In this document: positions 1-9,900 of the stretch, piece by piece
How positions within the stretch are numbered: position 1 is the first letter of the stretch
Layout of the letters: each line of letters opens with the position of its first letter
Origin: Euzebyaceae bacterium
Lineage (GTDB): Bacteria; Actinomycetota; Nitriliruptoria; Euzebyales; Egibacteraceae
Length of the DNA stretch: 47,233 bases
Reading direction: 5' to 3'
Assembly (NCBI GenBank): GCA_013698135.1
Contig: JACCVM010000026.1
Location: 1 to 47,233 of the forward strand
Notes under the pieces: model-generated
What the model was told of the DNA's origin: nothing
Seen by the model: the letters and a program-made list of their open reading frames with translations, nothing else
Database searches by the model: none
Translations under genes and position numbers: made by a program

Positions 1-303
1 GCGGCCAGCCCGACCGACGAGCTGGCGGCGCGCGGCGAGCAGCTGTTCACCGAGCGCACCTGTGTCATCTGCCACGCGATCACCGGCTACGAAGGCGGCG
101 ATGAGGCTCGCGTGGGACCCGATCTCACCCACTTCCAGGAGCGTGAGAAGTTCGCCGGGTACATCCTGGAGAACAACGACGAGAACCTGACCGCGTGGCT
201 GAAGGACCCGCAGGCGGTCAAGCCGGGTTCCCAGATGCCCAACCTGCAGTTGTCCGACGCCGACGTGGACGCCCTGGTGGCGTACCTGCGCACCCTCGAG
301 TAG
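1..303 (+). CDS. ctaC: Cytochrome c oxidase subunit II, C-terminal cytochrome c domain (caa3-type), 5'-truncated by window edge
   Basis: Frame 1 is open from nt 1. The translation contains ...ERTCVICHAITGY... (CxxCH haem-c motif) and ...KPGSQMPNL... (distal Met segment). It lies directly upstream of ctaD. Confidence 0.8.
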   Translation, partial: AASPTDELAARGEQLFTERTCVICHAITGYEGGDEARVGPDLTHFQEREKFAGYILENNDENLTAWLKDPQAVKPGSQMPNLQLSDADVDALVAYLRTLE

Positions 304-318
304 CGGAGCCGACACCCC

Positions 319-2304
319 ATGGCTGTCACTGCCCAAGAACCGGTCACCCGGCGCAGCGCCTTCCGGCGTCCCACCGCCGAAACCGGAATCTGGAGTTGGA
401 TCACCACGGTCGATCACAAGCGGATCGGCATTCTGTACTGGCTCACCGCCTTCTTCTTCTTCCTGGTCGGTGGCATCGAGGCGTTGCTGATCCGCGTGCA
501 GCTGTCCCGCCCTGAGAACACCCTGCTGTCAGCCGACGCCTACAACCAGCTGTTCACCATGCACGGCCTGACGATGATCTTCTTCGCGCTGATGCCGCTG
601 GGCGCCGCGTTCTTCAACTACCTGCTGCCGCTGCAGATCGGCGCCCGCGACGTGGCGTTTCCTCGGCTGAACGCGTTCAGCTACTGGGTGTTCCTCTCCG
701 CCGGCATCTTCATCTACTCCGGGGTGCTTCTCGGCGGGTTGCCCGACGGCGGCTGGTTCAACTACGCCCCGCTGAACCTGATCGGCCCCGACCCGACCGC
801 CACGGAGGCGGCGGGCCAAATCGCCGTCGCCGAGGCCAACCACATCTCGCGGATGGTCTTCTACTCGATCGGCCTGCAGATCGCCGGCATCGCGTCGCTG
901 GCGTCGTCGGTCAACTTCATCGTCACCATCCTGAACATGCGGGCGCCCGGCATGACGCTGATGCGCCTGCCGATCTTCACCTGGGCCACGTTCGTGACGT
1001 CGTTTCTGATGCTGTTCGCGATGCCGGTCATCGGCGTGGCGCTGTGGCAGCTGATGTTCGACGTGCGCTTCGGCACCAACTTCTTCAACCCGGCCGCCGG
1101 CGGTGACCCGGTGCTCTGGCAGCACATGTTCTGGCTGTTCGGTCACCCCGAGGTCTACATCCTGATCCTGCCGGCCTTCGGGATCGTGTCCGAGGTTCTG
1201 CCGGTCTTCGCGCGCAAGCCGCTGTTCGGCTACTCGGCGATGGTGTTCTCCCTGATCGCCATCGCCTTCCTCGGCTGGGGCGTGTGGGCGCACCACATGT
1301 TCGCCGCGGGCCTGGGGCCGGTGGCAAACGCGGCATTCGGGTTGTCCACGATGTTCATCGCGGTGCCGACCGGCGTGAAGATCTTCAACTGGCTGGGCAC
1401 GCTGTGGGGCGGGCGGATCCGCCTGACCACGCCGTTGCTGTTCGGCGTCGGCCTGGTGGCGATGTTCACCATCGGCGGGCTGTCAGGCGTCACGCACTCG
1501 ATCGTGCCGTCAAACTACCAGCAGACCGACACCTACTACGTCGTGGCCCACTTCCACTACGTGATGTTCGGCGGCTCGATCTTCGGGTTGTTCGCCGGCA
1601 CCTACTACTGGTTCCCCAAGGTCACCGGCCGCCTGCTCGACGATCGTCTCGGCAAGTTGCACTTCTGGCTGATGCTGATCGGCTTCAACGTCACCTTCGG
1701 CCCGATGCACTTGCTTGGCATGGACGGCATGCCCCGGCGCATCTACACCTACGCCGACGGCATGGGCTGGAACTTCTGGAACCTGATCGAGACGATCGGC
1801 GCCTTCATCATTGCCGCCTCGATCGCGGTCTTCATCGCCAACCTCGCGATCACCCGCCGCCGCGGCGAACCGGCCGGGGACGACCCGTGGGACGCGCGCA
1901 CCGTGGAGTGGATGACTACCTCCCCGCCGCCGCACTACAACTTCGAGGAGGTGCCGCAGATCTCGGCCCGTGACGAGCTGTGGCACCGCAAGTACGTGGG
2001 TGGCGCCACGCGCCCGCCGGTCCGGGTGCCCGCGGGTGCGTCGCCTGACCACGACCCGGGCGAGTCCGCCGTGGACGACCAGGCGCAACCTGCCCACGGT
2101 CCCGGACACACCGGCCACGCCGACATCCACATGCCGAGCCCCTCCTACTACCCCGTCATCGCCGCGGCCGGCATGCCGATCGCCGGCTGGGGTGTCTACG
2201 CCGGAGGCCCCGTCCAGGTGGCGCTGCTGGCGCTCGGCGGCCTGCTGATCCTGTCGGGGCTGTTCGGCTGGGTGCTGGAGCCCAGCGCCGAGGAACACGC
2301 CTGA
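319..2304 (+). CDS. ctaD: Cytochrome c oxidase subunit I with extra C-terminal two-helix extension
   Basis: 661-aa polytopic ORF with subunit I hallmarks (WLFGHPEVYILILPAFG, WAHHMF, VAHFHYVMFGG). About 70 residues follow a hydrophilic linker (HMPSPSYYPVIAAAG...LSGLFGWVLEP) and form two further TM helices. Confidence 0.95.
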   Translation: MAVTAQEPVTRRSAFRRPTAETGIWSWITTVDHKRIGILYWLTAFFFFLVGGIEALLIRVQLSRPENTLLSADAYNQLFTMHGLTMIFFALMPLGAAFFNYLLPLQIGARDVAFPRLNAFSYWVFLSAGIFIYSGVLLGGLPDGGWFNYAPLNLIGPDPTATEAAGQIAVAEANHISRMVFYSIGLQIAGIASLASSVNFIVTILNMRAPGMTLMRLPIFTWATFVTSFLMLFAMPVIGVALWQLMFDVRFGTNFFNPAAGGDPVLWQHMFWLFGHPEVYILILPAFGIVSEVLPVFARKPLFGYSAMVFSLIAIAFLGWGVWAHHMFAAGLGPVANAAFGLSTMFIAVPTGVKIFNWLGTLWGGRIRLTTPLLFGVGLVAMFTIGGLSGVTHSIVPSNYQQTDTYYVVAHFHYVMFGGSIFGLFAGTYYWFPKVTGRLLDDRLGKLHFWLMLIGFNVTFGPMHLLGMDGMPRRIYTYADGMGWNFWNLIETIGAFIIAASIAVFIANLAITRRRGEPAGDDPWDARTVEWMTTSPPPHYNFEEVPQISARDELWHRKYVGGATRPPVRVPAGASPDHDPGESAVDDQAQPAHGPGHTGHADIHMPSPSYYPVIAAAGMPIAGWGVYAGGPVQVALLALGGLLILSGLFGWVLEPSAEEHA

Positions 2305-2353
2305 TGGCAGCACAACCCCAACTGCACTCAAGCAGCGAAAGCGGTAGTGCGCG

Positions 2354-2980
2354 ATGAGTGATATGTCCGCTCCCCTGCCGGGGACCGACTACGAGCACAG
2401 CACCAGCCTTGGCCTGAGCAACAACAAGATGGCCATGTGGACCTTCATCGGGTCGGAGTGCTTGTTCTTCGGCGCGCTGATCTCGACGTATCTGATCTAC
2501 GTCGGGCGCACCAACGAGGGACCGACTCCGGCAGGGATCTACGACGTCCCGTTCACGTCGGTGTCGACCTTCATCCTGCTGATGTCCTCGTTGGGGATGG
2601 TGCTGGCGCTGGCGGCCATCCAGGCCGGCGAGATGCGCAAGTTCCGTACCTGGATCCTGGCCACCGGGTTGATGGGCGCCACCTTCCTCGCCGGGCAGTT
2701 CTACGAGTTCACGGTCTTCGCCGCCGAGGAGTTCAACCTGACCACCAGCCCCTTCAGCTCGTCCTTCTTCGTGCTGACCGGGTTCCACGGGCTGCACGTT
2801 GCGCTGGGCATCCTGATGCTGCTGGCCATGTGGACCGCCTCGATGATGGGACGGTTGCCCCAACAGCTGCACACCACGGTCGAGAACATCGGTTTGTACT
2901 GGCACTTCGTCGACATCGTCTGGATCATCATCTTCACCGTCGTGTACTTGATCCCTGCGGCGACGACCGCACCGGGATAG
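2354..2980 (+). CDS. ctaE: Cytochrome c oxidase subunit III
   Basis: 208-aa membrane protein in the ctaD-ctaE position. C-terminal LYWHFVDIVWIIIF motif is typical of subunit III. Confidence 0.9.
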   Translation: MSDMSAPLPGTDYEHSTSLGLSNNKMAMWTFIGSECLFFGALISTYLIYVGRTNEGPTPAGIYDVPFTSVSTFILLMSSLGMVLALAAIQAGEMRKFRTWILATGLMGATFLAGQFYEFTVFAAEEFNLTTSPFSSSFFVLTGFHGLHVALGILMLLAMWTASMMGRLPQQLHTTVENIGLYWHFVDIVWIIIFTVVYLIPAATTAPG

Positions 2981-2991
2981 GAGCAGCTGCC

Positions 2992-3315
2992 GTGGCAGAG
3001 ACCGAGTACGACAAGGAGCACACCCATCCGGGTGTCGGCCAGTACGTCGAGATCGGCATCATCCTGGCCGTGATGACCCTGCTGGAGGTCATCCTCTTCG
3101 AGAGCTTCGACCGCGGCTTCTCCACCCAGGTCGGCATCCCGGCCTTGATCGTCCTGACGATCCTCAAGTTCCTGCTGGTCGTGCTGTGGTTCATGCACCT
3201 GCGCTTCGACCACAAACTGTTCCGACGGCTGTTCTTCGTCGGCGTCGCCCTGGCGCTCTTGGTGTTCGGGATCGTGGGCGCGAACTTCTACCTCGGCCCC
3301 CAGCCGGGGTTTTAG
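2992..3315 (+). CDS. ctaF: Small cytochrome oxidase subunit IV (prokaryotic COX4/CtaF-QoxD type)
   Basis: GTG start 8 nt after AGGAG (2979-2983). 107 aa with 3 predicted TM helices and a ...LVVLWFMHLRFD... motif. Position after ctaE matches the Bacillus-type operon. The ORF-track frame extends upstream only as an overlap artefact. Confidence 0.75.
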   Translation: MAETEYDKEHTHPGVGQYVEIGIILAVMTLLEVILFESFDRGFSTQVGIPALIVLTILKFLLVVLWFMHLRFDHKLFRRLFFVGVALALLVFGIVGANFYLGPQPGF

Positions 3316-4167
3316 ATGCAAGGTATGAGCCACGACCTGAGCTGGCAGCCCCACGCCGACGCATGGTTGCTCGTCGTCGTGCTGCTCGGCGCCTACCTGT
3401 ACGCCCTGTCGGCCTGGGGGCCGCGTTACGCGCCGGGACGGCCCCCCGTCACGACCCGCCAGCGCTGGTACTTCTTCTGCGGCGTTGGTGCGATCTGGGT
3501 GGCCTCGGACTGGCCAATGCACCAGCTGGCCGACACGCTGTTCAGCGTCCATATGAGCCAGCACCTGATCTACTCGCTGGTCGCTGCGCCCTTGCTGATC
3601 CTTGGCACGCCATCGTGGTTGCTGCGCAGGCTGCTGCATCCTCGTCCCGTCGCCGCGGTCTGGCGGGCACTGACCAAGCCCCTGCCGGCGCTGTTGATCT
3701 TCAACGCCTGGGTCGCCGGCTACCACTTCCCGCCGCTGGTCGATCTGTCGGTGAGCAACGACGCGTTCCATGTCGGTGTTCACGCCGTCTGGATCGCGGT
3801 GTCGTTGCTGATGTGGTGGCCCGTGCTCAGTCCCCTGCCGGAGTTCCCGCACTTCTCCTATCCCGCGCGGATGGCTTACCTGTTCGGCCAGTCGATCGTG
3901 CCGACGCTGCCGGCGTCCTTCCTCACCTTCGGCCAGGGACTGCTGTACCGCAGCTATGCGCTGGGCCCGGCTGGCTACGGCATCGACCCGCTGACCGACC
4001 AGCAGGTCGCCGGCCTGCTGATGAAGATCGGCGGCGGGTTCTTCATCTGGATGGTGATCGGCGCGCTGTGGTTCCGCTGGAGCTCCGAGGACGAGCACGG
4101 CGGCCCCGACGTGTTGTACTGGCGCGACCTGGAGCACGACCTGGAACGGGTGAAGACCTCATCATGA
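3316..4167 (+). CDS. ctaG: Cytochrome c oxidase assembly factor CtaG (Caa3_CtaG family membrane protein)
   Basis: 283-aa polytopic protein starting directly after the ctaF stop (TAGATG). The HMSQHLIYSLVAAPLLILG segment and overall topology resemble Bacillus CtaG. ATG 3328 is an alternative start. Confidence 0.75.
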   Translation: MQGMSHDLSWQPHADAWLLVVVLLGAYLYALSAWGPRYAPGRPPVTTRQRWYFFCGVGAIWVASDWPMHQLADTLFSVHMSQHLIYSLVAAPLLILGTPSWLLRRLLHPRPVAAVWRALTKPLPALLIFNAWVAGYHFPPLVDLSVSNDAFHVGVHAVWIAVSLLMWWPVLSPLPEFPHFSYPARMAYLFGQSIVPTLPASFLTFGQGLLYRSYALGPAGYGIDPLTDQQVAGLLMKIGGGFFIWMVIGALWFRWSSEDEHGGPDVLYWRDLEHDLERVKTSS

Positions 4168-4207
4168 CCCATCCATGTGTCCTACCGCTTCGCTACTTGA
4201 GGACAGC

Positions 4208-4837
4208 ATGAACGACGACCTCCGGCAGCGGGTCTTCTTGCCGATCATGATGCCCCTGGCCGTCATGGTGGGGTTCATCGGCTTCGCGTTCGCGCTGTCG
4301 CGGGTGCTGCTGGCCGTACCCGAGGCGGCAGCGACGACCATCGCGCTGGCCGTGGCCGCCTACATCCTGGTGGTGGCCGCGCTGGTCGCGGCCAAGCCGG
4401 TGATCACCTCACGTGCCTTGGCCGTCGGGGTGACCGTGGCCTGCGTCGCGGTCCTGGCCGCCGGCACCCTCGCCGGCGCCGCCGGCATGCGTGAGCTGCA
4501 CGCCGAGGAAGAGGCCGCCACCGGCGAAGGTGGCGAAGGTGGCGAAGCCCCAACCGGAGAGTCGGCCGGCAACGCCTTTGTCGCCATCGACATCGAGTTC
4601 GAGGCCGCGCCCGAGGAGCTGCCGGCGGGCGACACCACCATCGAGCTGATCAATGAGGGCGCGACCCTGCACAACGTCACCATCGACGACCTGGACCCCG
4701 ACGAGCCCGTCGTGGAAGCGCGGCCCGGCGAGACGCAGTCCGCGCAGGTGCAGCTGGAGCCGGGCACCTACCGCTACCACTGCAACGTTCCCGGTCACGA
4801 GCCCACCATGAACGGTGAGTTCACCGTCCCGTCGTAG
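4208..4837 (+). CDS. Membrane-anchored cupredoxin (type-1 blue copper) domain protein
   Basis: ATG at 4208 is preceded by GAGGA. The N-terminal part is hydrophobic with 3 helices, followed by an E/G-rich linker. The C-terminal domain has candidate type-1 Cu ligands: H in LHNVTI, and C, H and M in YHCNVPGHEPTM. Confidence 0.75.
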   Translation: MNDDLRQRVFLPIMMPLAVMVGFIGFAFALSRVLLAVPEAAATTIALAVAAYILVVAALVAAKPVITSRALAVGVTVACVAVLAAGTLAGAAGMRELHAEEEAATGEGGEGGEAPTGESAGNAFVAIDIEFEAAPEELPAGDTTIELINEGATLHNVTIDDLDPDEPVVEARPGETQSAQVQLEPGTYRYHCNVPGHEPTMNGEFTVPS

Positions 4838-4913
4838 ATCAGCGGGTAGGGATGGGTACGCTGCCTGCTCAGCAGGTCGGCACGCGGCCTCGTTCGCATC
4901 CAAGGACACCACG

Positions 4914-6209
4914 ATGAGCGACCAGGCACGGATCGAGTACGACGGTGAGACGTTCGAGACCGCCCTGTTGGAGGGCACGGAGCACGAGCGCGCCATCGAC
5001 ATCGGCAAGCTGCGCTCCTCCACGGGCCTGATCACCTACGACCCCGGCTACGTCAACACCGGGTCGGTGCGCAGCGCCATCACCTTCATCGACGGCGAGA
5101 AAGGGATCCTGCGCTACCGCGGGTACCCGATCCAGCAGCTGGCCGATCAGTCCGACTTCACCGAGACCTCTTACCTGCTGATCCACGGTGAGCTACCGAC
5201 CGCCGACGAGCTAGCGGCTTTCCAGTCCCAGATCACCCATCACACCCTGTTGCGTGAAGACATGCGGCCGCTGTTCGACGCCTTCCCGCGCGACGCCCAC
5301 CCCATGGCCATCCTCTCCGCGGCGACCGCGGCGATGTCGACGTTCTATCAGGACCACTACGACCCGACAGACCCCGACGACGTCGAGGTCTCGATCTACC
5401 GGTTGATGGCCAAGCTGCCCACGGTCGCCGCCGCCGCGTACAAGAAGTCGATCGGCCAGCCCTACGTCTATCCGCAGAACGCCCTTGGCTTCACCGAGAA
5501 CTTCCTCAACATGATGTTCGCGGTGCCAGCCGAGCCGTTCGAAATCGACGACGAGATCGCCCAAGCCCTCGACCTGCTGCTGATCCTGCATGCCGACCAC
5601 GAGCAGAACTGCTCGGCTTCCACGGTCCGGCTGGTCGGCTCGTCGGGCGTCAACATCTACGCCGCGATCGCCGCCGGCATCGCGGCGCTGTGGGGCCGGC
5701 GCCACGGTGGCGCGAACCAGGACGTGGTGGAGACCCTGCTGCAGATCCGCGACTCCGACCAGGACACCGCCTCGTTCGTCAAGCGGGCCAAGGACCGCAA
5801 CGACCCCTTCCGCCTGCCGGGCTTCGGCCACCGCGTGTACAAGAACTACGACCCGAGGGCAAGGATCATCAAGGAGGCCGCCGACAAGGTCGTCGGCAAG
5901 TTGACCGGTCATGACCCGCTGTTCGAGATCGCCCGGGAGCTGGAAGAGGTGGCGCTGCATGACGACTACTTCGTGGAGCGCAAGCTGTATCCCAACGTCG
6001 ACTTCTACTCGGGGCTGATCTACCGGGCCATGGGCCTGCCGCTGGACATGTTTACGGTGGTGTTCGCCCTGGGACGACTCCCCGGCTGGATCGCCCAGTG
6101 GAAGGAGATGTGGGACGACCCCGACACCCGCGCGCTCATCGGACGTCCGCGCCAGATTTACACGGGCGCCACGGAGCGCGCGTACACCCCGCTGGAGGAG
6201 CGGAGCTGA
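4914..6209 (+). CDS. gltA: Citrate synthase
   Basis: 431 aa from ATG 4914 (MSDQARIEYDG...). Typical type II citrate synthase segments are present: LLILHADHEQNCSAS, GFGHRVYKNYDPRA, NVDFYSG. The upstream part of the track ORF overlaps the cupredoxin gene and was trimmed. Confidence 0.95.
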   Translation: MSDQARIEYDGETFETALLEGTEHERAIDIGKLRSSTGLITYDPGYVNTGSVRSAITFIDGEKGILRYRGYPIQQLADQSDFTETSYLLIHGELPTADELAAFQSQITHHTLLREDMRPLFDAFPRDAHPMAILSAATAAMSTFYQDHYDPTDPDDVEVSIYRLMAKLPTVAAAAYKKSIGQPYVYPQNALGFTENFLNMMFAVPAEPFEIDDEIAQALDLLLILHADHEQNCSASTVRLVGSSGVNIYAAIAAGIAALWGRRHGGANQDVVETLLQIRDSDQDTASFVKRAKDRNDPFRLPGFGHRVYKNYDPRARIIKEAADKVVGKLTGHDPLFEIARELEEVALHDDYFVERKLYPNVDFYSGLIYRAMGLPLDMFTVVFALGRLPGWIAQWKEMWDDPDTRALIGRPRQIYTGATERAYTPLEERS

Positions 6210-6248
6210 CCGAGGAATATTGTTGCATGCTCAACCATTAGGACAAGG

Positions 6249-6875
6249 GTGAGTTCCGCTTCCCGAGCAGGAGACGATCCCTTGAACACCAGCACAACCA
6301 CCCCAACCGCCACTTCCGACCGCATCGCCGCCGGCACCACCGACCCGGCACCTGGCAGTTACCAGATCGACCCGTCGCACTCCTCCCTGGAGGCGGTCGC
6401 CCGCCATCTGATGGTCAGCAAGGTCCGCGGCCGCTTCGGCGACTTCGGTGGCACCATCGTCGTGGCCGACGACGTGACGCAGTCCCGCGTGGAGGTCGAG
6501 ATCGACGCGGCCAGCATCAACACCCACGACGTGCAGCGCGACGGCCATCTGCGCTCGGATGACTTCCTCGACGTCGAGCGCTTCGGTAAGCTGCGGTTCG
6601 TCAGCACGCAGGTCGAGCGCGTCGGGAGCGACTGGAAGGTGCGTGGTGACCTCACCATCCGCGACGTCACCCAGGCCGTGACCCTCGACGTCAGCTACCT
6701 CGGTCAGCTTTCGGACCCGTGGGGCAACACGCGAGCCGCCTTCTCGGCCACGACGCAGCTGGACCGGGAGTCGTTCGGCATGACCTGGAATCAGGCGCTA
6801 GAGGCCGGCGGCGTCGTGGTCGGCAAGACGCTGAACATCGAGCTGGAGATCGAGGCGGTGCTGCAGGCCGAGTAG
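6249..6875 (+). CDS. YceI-like polyisoprenoid-binding domain protein
   Basis: YQIDPSHSSLEAVARHLMVSKVRGRF... and ...ESFGMTWNQALEAGGVVVG fit the YceI fold pattern. The GTG start is uncertain and the N-terminal ~35 aa are low complexity. Confidence 0.75.
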   Translation: MSSASRAGDDPLNTSTTTPTATSDRIAAGTTDPAPGSYQIDPSHSSLEAVARHLMVSKVRGRFGDFGGTIVVADDVTQSRVEVEIDAASINTHDVQRDGHLRSDDFLDVERFGKLRFVSTQVERVGSDWKVRGDLTIRDVTQAVTLDVSYLGQLSDPWGNTRAAFSATTQLDRESFGMTWNQALEAGGVVVGKTLNIELEIEAVLQAE

Positions 6876-6909
6876 GCGCACCCGCCGAGGCCGGGCCGGG
6901 CCGGTCCCA

Positions 6910-9900
6910 TCAGTCGGTCACGGCCTCCCGTAGGGCGCGCACCGCGACCGACACTGCGGCCAGCGGGCTGTCGGACTCCCGGGGCAGCGCACGGGTGACG
7001 ACAACGGCACGTTCGAGCGCGGCCTGCCGCTCGGCGAGGTAGTGATCCACCGCCTCCTCGGCGACGGCATCGGGATGCCTGGTGATGCTGCGCGCCGCGG
7101 CGTCGCGTCGCAGCTCGCGCAGGTCGTCGAGCAGGCCGCGGTGCTGCCAGCGCTCCCAGTGGCCCTGCGGATCGATGGCGGCCAGCGCCGAGCCGAGCTC
7201 GTCGAGCGGCAACGCTTCGGTGAGCAGGAAGAAGACGTCGGCGACGTGACGCACCGGCTGGCGACTGGAGCGGGCGACCGCGGCGATGTCGGGCACCGAG
7301 GCAAGGTCGGCCAACCCGGCGATGGCCTCTGCCAGCTCGGGTTCCAGCCCCAGGTCGGCGTAGCGTGCGGCGCGGCTGCGGCGTTCACCTCGACTCCGTG
7401 TGAACGCTCCCTCGGCCACCGCCTTCTCCAGCTCGTGGAAGGCCGGTCGGTCGCGGTCCACGGCCTGGCCGATGTCGACCATTTCGTGGCGCAGGTAGCT
7501 GCGCACGAAGGCGTCCACCAACTGGTCGACTTCGCCTTTGAGCTCCATCTGCAACGCCGGATCGCAACGGTCATCCAGCGCCTCGATGGCTCGCCAGCTG
7601 GCGTCGGCCTCACTGACCTCGCGGGCGATCCAGTAGGCAGCGGTGACCTCGTCATGATCGCAGCCGAGCTCCGACGACGTTCGGTGCACGTAGGTGATTC
7701 CCATGCGGTTGACGACGTCGTTGGCGACCGCGGTGGCGATCAATTCACGTCGGAGGCGGTGCCGGTCGACCCGGTCACCGAAGCGCTCCGCGGCCAGGCG
7801 CGGGAAATAGCCGCGCAGCACGCCGCCCAGATAGGCCTGGTCGGGCACGCGGCCGTGCAGCAAGCGGGTCACGAGGTCGATCTTGGCGTAGGCCAGCAGC
7901 ACCGCCAGCTCAGGGCGGGTGAGGCCGGCGCCGGCGTCAGCGCGACGCTGCATCTCGGCGGTCGACGGCAGCACCTCGACCTCGCGGTCCAGCGCCGCCA
8001 GATCGGTCATCAACAGCTCGTAGCCTTCCAGGGTGGCCGAGCTGGAGGCCAGCTCCTGGGTGATGGCGCCCGTCTGCAGGTACACGTCGCGTAGGACTTG
8101 GGCGGCCACCTCGTCGGTCATCGCCTCCAACAGCTCGTCGCGAGCCTTCGCCGACAGCGTGCCGGAGGCGGCCAAGGCCAACAAGATCTTGAGGTTGACC
8201 TCGCGGTCGGAGGTATCCACCCCCGCCGCGTTGTCGATCGCGTCGGTGTTGATCCGCCCGCCGCGGCGGGCGTACTGGATGCGGGCCCGCTGGGTGAAGG
8301 CCAGGTTCCCGCCTTCGCCCACCACCCTGGCACCGACCGAGGCGGCGTCGATGCGGATCGCGTCGTTCGCGCGGTCCCCGACGTCGCCATTGCGCTCGTC
8401 AGTGGCGCGCACAAAGGTGCCGATGCCACCGGCGAACAGCAGGTCGGTGGGAGCCCGCAGGATGGCTGCGATGAGCTCGGGTGGGCTCAGTGTGGTGGCG
8501 TCAACCCGCAGTGCCGACCGGACTTGCTCCGACAGGGCGATCCGCTTGACCGAACGCGGCCACACCCCGCCGCCGGCGCTGAGCAGGTTCCGATCGTAGT
8601 CCTGCCACGACGAGCCCGGCAGCTGGTACAGCCGGCGGCGTTCGGCGAAGGACACCGAGGGGTCGGGATCGGGATCGATAAAGATGTCCCGGTGGTCGAA
8701 GGCGGCGACCAGGCGCACCTGTCGGCTCTGCAGCAACCCGTTGCCGAACACGTCACCGGACATGTCACCGACGCCGACCACGGTGATGGGCTCGGACTGG
8801 ACGTCGACATCGAGCTCGCGGAAGTGGCGCTGCACCCCTACCCACGCCCCCCGAGCCGTGATGCCCATCGCCTTGTGGTCGTAGCCGCTGCTGCCTCCCG
8901 AGGCGAAGGCATCGCCGAGCCAGAAGCCGTACTCGGCGCTGACGGCGTTGGCGAGGTCGGAGAAGGTGGCGGTGCCGCGGTCCGCGGCCACGACCAGGTA
9001 GGCGTCCTCGCCGTCGACGCACCGCACCCGTGCGGGCGCAATCACGTCGCTGGCGCCGTCGCCGGTGCGCACCACCACGTTGTCGGTGATGTCCAGCAGC
9101 CCGCGGATGAAGACCTCGTACTGCACGCGGACGGCGCCACGCACCGCCTCGGCGTCGGGCCGAGCCGAGTGGGCCGCGGGGCTTTGCATCGGCTGCTTCA
9201 GCACGAAGCCGCCCTTGGAGCCCGTCGGCACGATCACCGCATTCTTGACCACCTGCGCCTTCATGAGGCCCAGCACCTCGGTGCGGTAGTCCTCCTGGCG
9301 GTCCGACCAGCGCAAGCCACCGCGCGCCACCGGACCGCCTCGCAGGTGGACGCCCTCCATGTGGGGCGAGCAGACGAAGATTTCCCGGTACGGCACGGGC
9401 TTGGGCATCTCGGGCACCGCGCCGCTGTCGAACTTCAGTGACAGGCAGGCCGGGGGGGCGCCGTCGTGCACCACCCAGCGGTTGGTGCGCAGCGTGGCGT
9501 CGACCAGGCCGAGGTACCCGCGCAGGATGCGGTCCGTGTCGAGCCGATCGACGCCCTCGCAGGCCTTCAGCACGGCAGCGCGAGCAGCCTCGACCTCGTC
9601 GGGACCGGCCGCCTGATCGGGGTCGAAGCGGGTGTCGAACAGCCGCACGAGGGCCCTGGCCACGTCGGGATGGTCGACCAGCGCCTGGTCGAGGTAGGCC
9701 TCGGTGAAGGTGGTCCCCACCTGCCGGCGATAGCGCCGGTAGGTCCGCAGGACCACCACCTCGTCCCATGACAGCCCAGCGCCCAGCACCAGCCGGTTGA
9801 GGCGGTCGGCCTCGGCACGGCCCTGCCAGATCGCCAGCGCGGCGGCGGCCAGCCGGGGGCCGTCGCGCTCGACGTCGAGAGCCACATCGACGCCGCGGAC

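Noticed and set aside
2701-4137. 478-aa minus-strand ORF, and many similar long ORFs in the track (e.g. 8765-10132 -, 9916-11373 +, 12647-14065 +, 14754-16508 +, 20913-22343 +, 29252-30856 -, 44040-45116 +)
   Set aside because: They lie antisense or out of frame to genes with unmistakable family motifs. Their translations are Arg/Pro/Gly/Ala-rich low-complexity strings, typical of stop-poor shadow frames in ~70% GC DNA.
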